A stretch of 26,406 nt of DNA from Clostridia bacterium (GTDB lineage Bacteria; Bacillota; Clostridia; UMGS1883), in NCBI GenBank assembly GCA_900768005.1, contig CAAGBE010000087.1, positions 1 through 26,406 of the forward strand, written 5' to 3'. The notes below the pieces were generated by a model. It was given only the letters and a program-made list of their open reading frames with translations, had not been told where the DNA came from and did not search any database. This document shows, in pieces, positions 9,695 through 17,060 of this stretch. Within the stretch, counting starts at the first letter, position 1. Every line of letters starts with the position of its first letter. The translations under genes were made by a program, and so were the position numbers.

Positions 9695-10132
9695 TTATTC
9701 ACAAAGCTCGGCAACGACTTGATTAATCACTTTTCCGTCAGCCTTGCCCTTAAGCTCAGCCATAACGGTCTTCATAATCATACCCTTGTTCTTTGTGGCA
9801 ATAACATCAGCAAACTTTTCTGTAAGGAGCGCCTTGATTTCATCCTCGCTCATAAGCTTGGGAGCATATTCCTTGATAATTTCGTAGTTGGTGGTGTACT
9901 CTGCAATAAGCTCCGTTCTTTCTGCAGGGCAGGTGTCAAGCTGTTCCTTTGCACTCTTAAGCTCCTTAAGAATAACGGAATCAGTCATTTCCTCGGTAAT
10001 GTCATTTCTCACACCGTTGTCAATGCCGTATTTTTTTACAGCGGCAATAAGGCCCGAGATAACATTCTTCCTCACCTTATCCTGTGCTTTCATAGCAGCA
10101 ATCATATCTTTCTGTAACTCTTGAAGTGTCAT
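9695..10132 (-). CDS. GatB/YqeY domain protein
   Basis: L.KDMIAAMKAQDK, YAPKLMSE.EI, KGMIMK.VMAELKGKADGK.IN. Confidence 0.9.
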   Translation of the reverse strand: MTLQELQKDMIAAMKAQDKVRKNVISGLIAAVKKYGIDNGVRNDITEEMTDSVILKELKSAKEQLDTCPAERTELIAEYTTNYEIIKEYAPKLMSEDEIKALLTEKFADVIATKNKGMIMKTVMAELKGKADGKVINQVVAELCE

Positions 10133-10167
10133 AATATATCAATCCTTTCAATTTAATTAGTTTATTG

Positions 10168-10866
10168 TCAGTTGGGCATTAGTCCACTATCAGCCATACT
10201 CACAAATTTTTCGGGAGTAACGGCAATAATGTGGTCTATAACGTGTACATCCATACCCTCAAGAATGTCACAGAGCTTCTTGGTTAAAAGTCTGTCATCC
10301 TCCGAGGCATACGCACCTGCAGACGGATGGTTGTGCGCCAGAATAACTGAAGAAGCGTTGTGCTTGATAACACATTCTATAACCTTGCGGGGATGCACAT
10401 TGGCTTGCGATACCGTGCCCTCCTCCAGAATTTCAAAAGCCAAAATCTCTCTTTTGGAATTAAGACAAATTATCGAAAATACCTCTTTCTTTTCTGCCCC
10501 TATCATCTTGCAGACATATTCACCTGCATCATAGCTTGTGGAAAGTAATTTCTTATCCCTTAATGAAAGAGAGTTGTGATATCTTGAAAGCTGGGGAATC
10601 ATTTTAATTAAAATAGCTGTATGCTCGCCGATTCCCTCCACTTTGCAAAGCTCCTCAAATGTTGCATTAAATACGGCAGAGGGCGTTTTGAATCGGTCAA
10701 TCAGTCTGTGGGCAAGGGGATTGAGGTCACCCTGCGGAATAGCGTAAAAAAGGAGTAACTCCAAAATCTCGTGGTCGGCAAAAGAGGAAAGTCCCTCTTT
10801 TAAGAACCTTTCCTTGACCCTCGCTCTGTGGCTTTTATGAAGTTCGGGTGTAACATTGTCATGCAT
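10168..10866 (-). CDS. radC: RadC-family JAB domain protein
   Basis: HRARVKERF, EILELLLFYAIP, VHPR, AHNHPS...S..D, DHII. Confidence 0.92.
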   Translation of the reverse strand: MHDNVTPELHKSHRARVKERFLKEGLSSFADHEILELLLFYAIPQGDLNPLAHRLIDRFKTPSAVFNATFEELCKVEGIGEHTAILIKMIPQLSRYHNSLSLRDKKLLSTSYDAGEYVCKMIGAEKKEVFSIICLNSKREILAFEILEEGTVSQANVHPRKVIECVIKHNASSVILAHNHPSAGAYASEDDRLLTKKLCDILEGMDVHVIDHIIAVTPEKFVSMADSGLMPN

Positions 10867-10870
10867 AATA

Positions 10871-11437
10871 TCACTTGCCTGTAAGTTCTAAAAATTTTTC
10901 TTTAGTAATAAGTGCATTAAGTGCATCAATTAGCCCGTTGACAGAAATTTTTTCAGGTATTGATAGCTTCCTGCACAAGGAGATACGGGCGGCGGCACTA
11001 TCTGTACCGCCGTATAATCCGCTGTCGTACAAATCATTTTTTGTTATTTTTTCCTTTGCATCCAAAGGTGAGGTATACTTTGACAAAATCTCGGAAAGGA
11101 GCTTTTCATCAATCCCCTCAACTCCAAGCTTGCCCTCCTTTGACGGGGCAGACTTTCTTTTTTCCTTGCCGAATATTTCGGGGATATACGCCTGCTTTAT
11201 TTCGCCCTCAGTCACAAAGCCCTTGATATGATTGCGTATCATAAAGCCTGCACGGTCAGAATCGGTCAGGATAAGGAGCCCGCGTGTCTTTGCCAGTGCC
11301 TTTAAAAACTCCCGCTTTTCCTTATTTTTAAAAATCCGGAATCCCTCGGTGGTAAAGACAGGGGATGAGCAAACTCTTTCAAGCCGCATCTTGTCGTATT
11401 TCCCCTCGACAATAATTGCTTCCTTAATATTTAACAT
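10871..11437 (-). CDS. rnmV: Ribonuclease M5-like Toprim/DUF4093 protein
   Basis: IIVEGKYD, LTDSDRAG..IR, GVEG, Toprim acidic motifs. Confidence 0.8.
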   Translation of the reverse strand: MLNIKEAIIVEGKYDKMRLERVCSSPVFTTEGFRIFKNKEKREFLKALAKTRGLLILTDSDRAGFMIRNHIKGFVTEGEIKQAYIPEIFGKEKRKSAPSKEGKLGVEGIDEKLLSEILSKYTSPLDAKEKITKNDLYDSGLYGGTDSAAARISLCRKLSIPEKISVNGLIDALNALITKEKFLELTGK

Positions 11438-11961
11438 CAGTCTGTTTCAATAAGTCCGTAGTTACCGTCTTTACGGCGGTAAACTATATCGGTTGTATTT
11501 GTCTGTGCGTTGCGGAAAATGAAGAAATTGTGTCCGAGCAGATTCATCTGCAAAACTGCTTCCTCCGCACTCATTGGTTTAACGTGGTGGGTCTTAGTCT
11601 TAACAATCTTGATTTCAACATCATCCTGCACAGCTTCATCAAAGAAATCAACTTCCTTGGAAACGCCCTCGCGAAGCTTTTTCGCAAGGCGTGTTTTGTT
11701 CTTACGAATCTGCTTTGTAATAGCATCAACAACATCATCGGCAGCATTGTAAACTTCGACATCACGTTCTTCAGCGCGGTAAATCATATCTGCCGTACGG
11801 ATGGTAACTTCGACAGTCATTTTATCCTTCTGCTCACTAACCACAATATCAGCCTGAGCTTCGTCGTCAAAGAACTTGCCCAGCTTGTCTATCTTTTTAA
11901 TGAGCATTTCTTTCTTTTCCTTGCCGAGTTCAATCTTTCTTACATAAATGTTAGTTTTCAT
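11437..11961 (-). CDS. hpf: Long-form ribosome hibernation promoting factor (RaiA/HPF)
   Basis: KQIRKNKTRL, KPMSAEEAVLQMNLLGHNFFIF, VYRRKDGNYGLIE; true start is ATG 11961 behind AAGGAGG (the ORF-track extension to 12087 runs into the repeat). Confidence 0.93.
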   Translation of the reverse strand: MKTNIYVRKIELGKEKKEMLIKKIDKLGKFFDDEAQADIVVSEQKDKMTVEVTIRTADMIYRAEERDVEVYNAADDVVDAITKQIRKNKTRLAKKLREGVSKEVDFFDEAVQDDVEIKIVKTKTHHVKPMSAEEAVLQMNLLGHNFFIFRNAQTNTTDIVYRRKDGNYGLIETD

Positions 11962-11978
11962 ATGTGCCCCTCCTTTTA

Positions 11979-12250
11979 GCCGAAACGAAGCAATCCAAAC
12001 TCGATTTTTAGAGGCGGATTTTCGCTTTTGCTGTGTTAAAATACTCGGAAATACACAAAGTATTTCCTGCGTTTTTGCCTTGCACAATCAAAAATCTGCT
12101 TTCTAAAAATTCGAAGACCTGAAACGGATGAAATTTTGAGCAGGTTTTGGTGCGAAGGATGCAGCAAGGCTTTGTGCCTTGCAAAGACAACAAGCCGAAA
12201 GATGCCGAAATTTCACCGTATCAGGCGAATTTGGATTATTTCGTTTCGGC
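11979..12250. mobile_element. 272 bp Y-shaped structured repeat, copy 1 (MITE-like or structured RNA)
   Basis: Terminal inverted repeat 11978-12003/12226-12251 (23/26), two internal hairpin arms, TTA on both sides; collinear with 16515-16786. Confidence 0.8.
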
Positions 12251-12288
12251 TTATGTTGTGTAAGAAAAGCTTGGCTTTTCTTACCTAT

Positions 12289-12317
12289 ATTATACTATAA
12301 GTTGTGGCAATAGTAAA
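12289..12317 (-). promoter_or_regulatory. Candidate promoter of the hpf operon
   Basis: TTTACT (12317-12312), 17 bp spacer, TATAAT (12294-12289). Confidence 0.55.
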
Positions 12318-12364
12318 TAATTTTCTTTGCATATTGATAAAAAAATGTGTTGACCTATAAAAAT

Positions 12365-12380
12365 CAACAATATGTAGTGA
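12365..12380. promoter_or_regulatory. NrdR box (distal)
   Basis: caaCaAtATgTaGtga matches all strongly conserved positions of acaCwAtATaTwGtgt. Confidence 0.65.
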
Positions 12381-12508
12381 AAAAACAACCAAAAAGTTGC
12401 TATTTTTTCTATAAATTGTGTTTTTTTTATTGGAGAAATTGTGCCAAAAGCCCCTACAAACCCCTATATAAAGCCATTATCGGGCATTATTACAGAAAAA
12501 TTAAAAAT

Positions 12509-12556
12509 ACCCAACATATAGTTATTTTGTATTGACAAAGCAACAAGATGTTGTTA
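12509..12556. promoter_or_regulatory. Tandem NrdR boxes (12509-12524 and 12541-12556)
   Basis: accCaAcATaTaGtta and caaCaAgATgTtGtta, starts 32 bp apart, upstream of nrdD. Confidence 0.85.
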
Positions 12557-12560
12557 TAAT
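12532..12560 (+). promoter_or_regulatory. Consensus sigma-A promoter of nrdD
   Basis: TTGACA (12532-12537), 17 bp spacer, TATAAT (12555-12560) with TG extension. Confidence 0.9.
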
Positions 12561-12603
12561 GGTAATACACAATTTTGAAAGATAAATTTATGGAGGGAAA
12601 GAG

Positions 12604-14781
12604 ATGAAGATTATAAAAAGAAGCGGTGCCGAAGTAACATTTGACCCCGAAAAAATTATAGTCGCAATCACAAAAGCAAACGAAAGCGTAGTGCCAAGCA
12701 GCCGTATGACACCTATTCAGATTAAGCGTATCGCGGAGGATGTTGAGAGTGCGGCAGCAAATATCAACAGGTCCTTGAGCGTGGAAGAAATACAGGATAT
12801 GGTAGAGGACCAGATTATGAATCAGCGTGCGTTTGACGTAGCACGCAGATACATTACATACCGTTACAACAGGGCACTTATTCGTAAGTCCAACACAACT
12901 GATGAACAGATTATGAGCCTTATCGAGTGCAATAACGAAGAAGTTAAGCAGGAAAACTCTAACAAGAATCCTACTGTAAACAGCGTTCAGCGTGACTACA
13001 TGGCAGGCGAGGTTAGTAAGGATATTACAAAGAGAATCCTTCTTGCTCCCGAAATTGTTTCCGCACACGACCAGGGACTTATCCATTTCCACGATGCTGA
13101 CTACTTTGCACAGCATATGCATAACTGTGACCTGGTAAACCTTGAGGATATGCTTCAGAACGGTACAGTTATCAGCGGTACAATGATTGAAAAACCCCAC
13201 AGCTTTTCTACTGCCTGCAATATTTCTACACAGATTATTGCACAGGTTGCTTCCTGTCAGTACGGCGGACAGAGTATTTCTCTTACACATCTCGCTCCCT
13301 TTGTTGATATCAGCCGTAAGAAAATACGCAAGCAGGTAGAAGAGGAAATGGCTCTTCTTGATGAAAAGGTTTCCGAGGAGAAGATTTCCGAAATTACAGA
13401 AAAAAGACTTCGTGAAGAGGTTAAAAACGGCGTACAGATGATTCAGTATCAGGTTGTAACCCTTATGACAACTAACGGTCAGGCACCTTTTGTTACTGTA
13501 TTTATGTACCTTAACGAAGCTAAGAATGAGCAGGAGAAGAAAGACCTTGCCCTCATTATTGAAGAAACCCTCCGTCAGAGATACAGAGGTGTCAAGAATG
13601 AAAAGGGTATATGGATTACACCTGCGTTCCCCAAGCTTATCTATGTTCTTGAAGAGGATAATATCCACGAGGACAGCAAATACTACTACCTTACAGAGCT
13701 TGCGGCAAAATGTACTGCAAAGCGTATGGTACCCGACTATATTTCCGAAAAGATTATGCTCCAGAACAAGGTTGACAAAAACGGTGACGGTCATTGCTAC
13801 ACCTGTATGGGCTGCAGAAGCTTCCTCACACCCTTTGTTGACGAAGACGGCAAACCCAAGTATTACGGCAGATTCAATCAGGGCGTTGTAACTGTTAATC
13901 TTGTTGATATCGGGCTTTCAGCAGGCGGTGATATGGAAAAATTCTGGAAGATATTTGACGATAGAATGGAGCTTTGCCACAGAGCGCTTCAGGCACGTCA
14001 CGAAAGACTTACAGGAACACTTTCCGATGCGGCTCCCATCCTTTGGCAGCACGGTGCACTTCTCCGTCTTGAAAAGGGTGAGAAGATTGACAAGTATCTT
14101 CACGGCGGATATTCTACACTTTCTCTTGGCTATGCAGGTCTTTGGGAATGTGTATACAGCTTAAACGGTAAGAAACTTACCGAACCTGCAGGTGAAAAGC
14201 TTGGCCTTGAAATCATGCAGAAGCTTAATGAATATACAGCTAAGTGGAAAGCGGAAGAAAAGATTGACTATTCACTTTACGGTACACCTCTTGAAAGCAC
14301 AACCTACAAGTTTGCTAAGTGCCTTCAGAAGAGATTCGGTATAATCAAGGGTGTAACTGACAAAAACTACATTACAAACAGCTACCACGTACACGTAACA
14401 GAGGATATTGATGCATTTGACAAGCTTGCTCTTGAAGCAAAATTCCAGGCACTTTCTCCCGGCGGTGCAATCAGCTATGTGGAAGTTCCCAATATGCAGA
14501 ATAACCTCGAAGCTGTACTTTCCGTAATGAGATTTATCTATGACAATATTATGTATGCAGAGCTTAATACCAAGAGCGACTATTGTCAGGACTGCGGATT
14601 TGACGGTGAAATTGAAGTTCACGAGGATGAGCACGGAAAGCTTGTATGGCAGTGTCCCAACTGCGGTAACACCGACCAGTCCAAGCTTAATGTAGCTCGT
14701 CGTACCTGCGGATATATCGGAACACAGTTCTGGAATCAGGGAAGAACACAGGAAATTAAGGAAAGAGTTCTCCATTTATAA
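12604..14781 (+). CDS. nrdD: Anaerobic (class III) ribonucleoside-triphosphate reductase
   Basis: N-terminal ATP cone (IIKRSG...FD..KI), MGCRSFL, YITNSYH, C-terminal CxxC...CxxC and RRTCGYIG glycyl-radical loop. Confidence 0.97.
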   Translation: MKIIKRSGAEVTFDPEKIIVAITKANESVVPSSRMTPIQIKRIAEDVESAAANINRSLSVEEIQDMVEDQIMNQRAFDVARRYITYRYNRALIRKSNTTDEQIMSLIECNNEEVKQENSNKNPTVNSVQRDYMAGEVSKDITKRILLAPEIVSAHDQGLIHFHDADYFAQHMHNCDLVNLEDMLQNGTVISGTMIEKPHSFSTACNISTQIIAQVASCQYGGQSISLTHLAPFVDISRKKIRKQVEEEMALLDEKVSEEKISEITEKRLREEVKNGVQMIQYQVVTLMTTNGQAPFVTVFMYLNEAKNEQEKKDLALIIEETLRQRYRGVKNEKGIWITPAFPKLIYVLEEDNIHEDSKYYYLTELAAKCTAKRMVPDYISEKIMLQNKVDKNGDGHCYTCMGCRSFLTPFVDEDGKPKYYGRFNQGVVTVNLVDIGLSAGGDMEKFWKIFDDRMELCHRALQARHERLTGTLSDAAPILWQHGALLRLEKGEKIDKYLHGGYSTLSLGYAGLWECVYSLNGKKLTEPAGEKLGLEIMQKLNEYTAKWKAEEKIDYSLYGTPLESTTYKFAKCLQKRFGIIKGVTDKNYITNSYHVHVTEDIDAFDKLALEAKFQALSPGGAISYVEVPNMQNNLEAVLSVMRFIYDNIMYAELNTKSDYCQDCGFDGEIEVHEDEHGKLVWQCPNCGNTDQSKLNVARRTCGYIGTQFWNQGRTQEIKERVLHL

Positions 14782-14789
14782 TAATAATT

Positions 14790-14816
14790 TTAGGGTACGA
14801 AAATTTCGTACCCTAA
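14790..14816 (+). terminator. Hairpin between nrdD and nrdG
   Basis: TTAGGGTACGAAA-A-TTTCGTACCCTAA with only a short T-run after it. Confidence 0.55.
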
Positions 14817-14825
14817 TTTAAAGAG

Positions 14826-15389
14826 ATGAAAACAATGAACATAGCTACAGTTAAAAAATTTGATATTGCCAATGGCCCAGGGGTAAGAGTATCCCTTTTT
14901 GTCAGCGGATGCAGACATCACTGCAAAAACTGTTTCAACAAGGAAGCATGGGATTTTAACTACGGCAACCCTATGACCAAGGAAATTGAGAAAGAAATAT
15001 TAGATGCCTGCAACCCCGAACATATTACAGGACTTTCACTTCTTGGAGGAGAACCTTTTGAAAAGGAAAACAGGGCAGGGCTTATTTCCATTACAAAAAA
15101 ATTTCGAGAGCTGTATCCTGAAAAAAATATCTGGTGTTATACGGGATTTTTGCTTGATGAAGAGCTTTTAAAATCTGAGGACAGCGATATTTTGGAGCTT
15201 CTTCAAAATATTGATGTTTTAGTTGACGGCAGATTTGTAGACGAGCTTAAAAGTGCGGCTCTTTTATTCCGCGGTTCATCCAATCAGCGTATTATAGACG
15301 TAGCTGAAACTCTTAAAAAGGGTGAGGTTGTGCTTCTTCCTGGAAAGTGGGAGAGAACAATGGGCAGCGGTGACATTTACGAAGCATAG
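14826..15389 (+). CDS. nrdG: Anaerobic RNR activating radical SAM protein
   Basis: NGPGVRVSLFVSGCRHHCKNCFN, LLGGEP, DVLVDGRF, FRGSSNQR; alternative start at 14835. Confidence 0.95.
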   Translation: MKTMNIATVKKFDIANGPGVRVSLFVSGCRHHCKNCFNKEAWDFNYGNPMTKEIEKEILDACNPEHITGLSLLGGEPFEKENRAGLISITKKFRELYPEKNIWCYTGFLLDEELLKSEDSDILELLQNIDVLVDGRFVDELKSAALLFRGSSNQRIIDVAETLKKGEVVLLPGKWERTMGSGDIYEA

Positions 15390-15407
15390 AATGAGAGGAA
15401 ATTTAAA

Positions 15408-15854
15408 ATGAACAAATATTCAGTAAGAATTAAAAAACTTGACGAAAATGCAATAATCCCCACATACGGCAGTGAATTTGCCGCAGGTGCAGACCTTTAT
15501 GCCTGCACTGGTGAAACCGTTACAATCAATCCGCACGAAACAAAGCTTATCCATACGGGAATAGCAATGGAAATCCCCACAGGATACGCAGGTCTTATCT
15601 ATGCAAGAAGCGGTATTGCCTCAAAAAGAGGTCTTGCACCAGCCAATAAGGTTGGCGTTGTAGACAGCGACTACCGTGGGGAATTAATGGTAGCACTTCA
15701 TAACCACTCTAGCGAACCACAGTCAATAGACAACGGAGAAAGAATTGCACAGCTTGTAATTGCACCATATGTAGTTGCAGATTTTGTTCTTTCAGACGAG
15801 CTTGATGATACCCAGCGCGGAGAGGGAGGATTCGGCTCCACAGGAAAGAAATAA
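15408..15854 (+). CDS. dut: Trimeric dUTPase
   Basis: AGADL, RSG, GVVDSDYRGE, RIAQL, RGEGGFGSTG. Confidence 0.97.
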   Translation: MNKYSVRIKKLDENAIIPTYGSEFAAGADLYACTGETVTINPHETKLIHTGIAMEIPTGYAGLIYARSGIASKRGLAPANKVGVVDSDYRGELMVALHNHSSEPQSIDNGERIAQLVIAPYVVADFVLSDELDDTQRGEGGFGSTGKK

Positions 15855-15861
15855 TGCAATT

Positions 15862-15897
15862 AAAAAGGAAATTCACATTTTGTGAATTTCCTTTTTT
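15862..15897. terminator. Bidirectional intrinsic terminator
   Basis: AAAAAGGAAATTCACA-ttt-TGTGAATTTCCTTTTT between convergent dut and flavin reductase genes. Confidence 0.85.
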
Positions 15898-15898
15898 G

Positions 15899-16498
15899 TT
15901 ACTGCAGTGGCTCAAAATCACTTGCAGGGTGCTTGCACCATGGGCAAATGAAGTCCTCAGGAAGCGGGTCCCCCTCGTACACATATCCGCAGATTTTACA
16001 TACATAGCCTTTTTTCTTTGCTTCGGGCTTGGGCTTAATGTTCTTGAAATAGTAGTCATAAGTTACAGAAGGCTTGTCGGATAGCGTAAGTGCCTGTGTA
16101 ACCTCGCCTATAATCATCATATGTGTCCCGCAGTCAATCATATTTACAACCTTTGCACTTATATATGCATTCGTGTAATTGGTGAGGTAATAAACATCAT
16201 TGCAGGAACGCTGTTTGTACTCGAAATCAGTGAATTTATTTTCCTCTCTTCCACTTTTGAAACCAAACCTTTCAAATACGGAGAACGGAACATCCTCAGA
16301 AAGAACACTCACGTTGAAAACGCCGCTTTTTTCAATCATTTCGAGGGTGTAGTTGTTTTTATTTATTGCAACTGTAATCTGCAATGGGGTATCCGTAACC
16401 TGCATAACAGTATTTATTATACAGCCGTTGTCTTTCATCCCATCCCGTGCGGAAAGCACAAAAAGTCCGTAAGTAAGCTTGAATAATGTTTCTTTCAT
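15899..16498 (-). CDS. Flavin reductase-like protein with C-terminal rubredoxin-like domain (high-molecular-weight rubredoxin type)
   Basis: LTYGLFV, NGCIINT..QVT, FGFKSGR, GTH..IIGEV; CKICGYVY...CPWC; AAGGAG RBS. Confidence 0.9.
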   Translation of the reverse strand: MKETLFKLTYGLFVLSARDGMKDNGCIINTVMQVTDTPLQITVAINKNNYTLEMIEKSGVFNVSVLSEDVPFSVFERFGFKSGREENKFTDFEYKQRSCNDVYYLTNYTNAYISAKVVNMIDCGTHMMIIGEVTQALTLSDKPSVTYDYYFKNIKPKPEAKKKGYVCKICGYVYEGDPLPEDFICPWCKHPASDFEPLQ

Positions 16499-16514
16499 AG
16501 CAAATTCTCCTTTA

Positions 16515-16786
16515 GCCGAAAGCGAATAATCCGAACCTCGATTTTAAAAGGCAGATTTTTGCTTTCACTGTGTTAAAATACTCGAAAATACACAAAGTAT
16601 TTTCTGCGTTTTTGCCTTGTGCAACCAAAAATCTGCACTTTTATAATTCTTCGACCTGAAACGGATGGAATTTCGTGTAGATTTTGGTGCGGAAGATGAA
16701 GCAAGGCTGACGCCTTGCAAAGATGACAAGCCGAAATGTACCGAAATAGCACCGTTTCAGGCGGGTTCGGATTATTCGCTTTCGGC
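16515..16786. mobile_element. 272 bp Y-shaped structured repeat, copy 2
   Basis: Perfect 26 bp inverted repeat 16512-16537/16764-16789; same two arms as copy 1; flanked by TTA and TAA. Confidence 0.8.
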
Positions 16787-16789
16787 TAA

Positions 16790-17060
16790 GCATAAGAGAG
16801 TCGAACCTCATATGCCTTAAACTTGTTAAATTCGTATTCTTTTTATTTGTCGTCCTCGAAAGGCGACAGCCTATCTTCGTCCTCCGCACAAAAATCATAT
16901 CCAATTTTCCTGCGTTTAAGGTCGAAGAGTTTTTAAATAAGAAATTTTGTTATAAGACAAAGAAAATTCAAAAATAATACTGTCGTATATTTGCAGAATT
17001 TTCTGCAGTATTATGCAAAATTTCTATTTTAAAACCATATTAGGTTCGATTATCTTATGC
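16790..17060. mobile_element. 271 bp Y-shaped structured repeat, copy 3 (inverted, diverged, different terminal stem)
   Basis: Inverted repeat 16787-16814/17036-17063 (25/28); 16846-16896 matches the reverse complement of 16680-16730 at 40/51 without gaps. Confidence 0.75.

Noticed and set aside
10168..10866. radC as a marker of a mobile or anti-defence island
   Set aside because: Full-length chromosomal-type RadC among housekeeping genes, with no integrase or phage genes nearby.
11962..12193. N-terminal extension of HPF (to 12087) and ORF 12008-12193
   Set aside because: Both lie inside the repeat element; the strong RBS is at ATG 11961.
11979..12250. raiA motif RNA upstream of hpf/raiA
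   Set aside because: Position is suggestive, but I could not find the conserved raiA-motif segments as I recall them, and near-identical sequence recurs upstream of an unrelated gene. A cmscan would settle it.
12490..13794. 434 aa antisense ORF over nrdD
   Set aside because: Shadow frame of a codon-biased gene, with no recognisable motifs. The same applies to 7058-7810, 5647-6294 and the antisense ORFs in adhE and pgm.
16641..16904. 87 aa ORF sharing KFHPFQV with ORF 12008-12193
   Set aside because: The peptide similarity only reflects the DNA repeat. The ORF crosses an element boundary and its frame is not preserved between copies.
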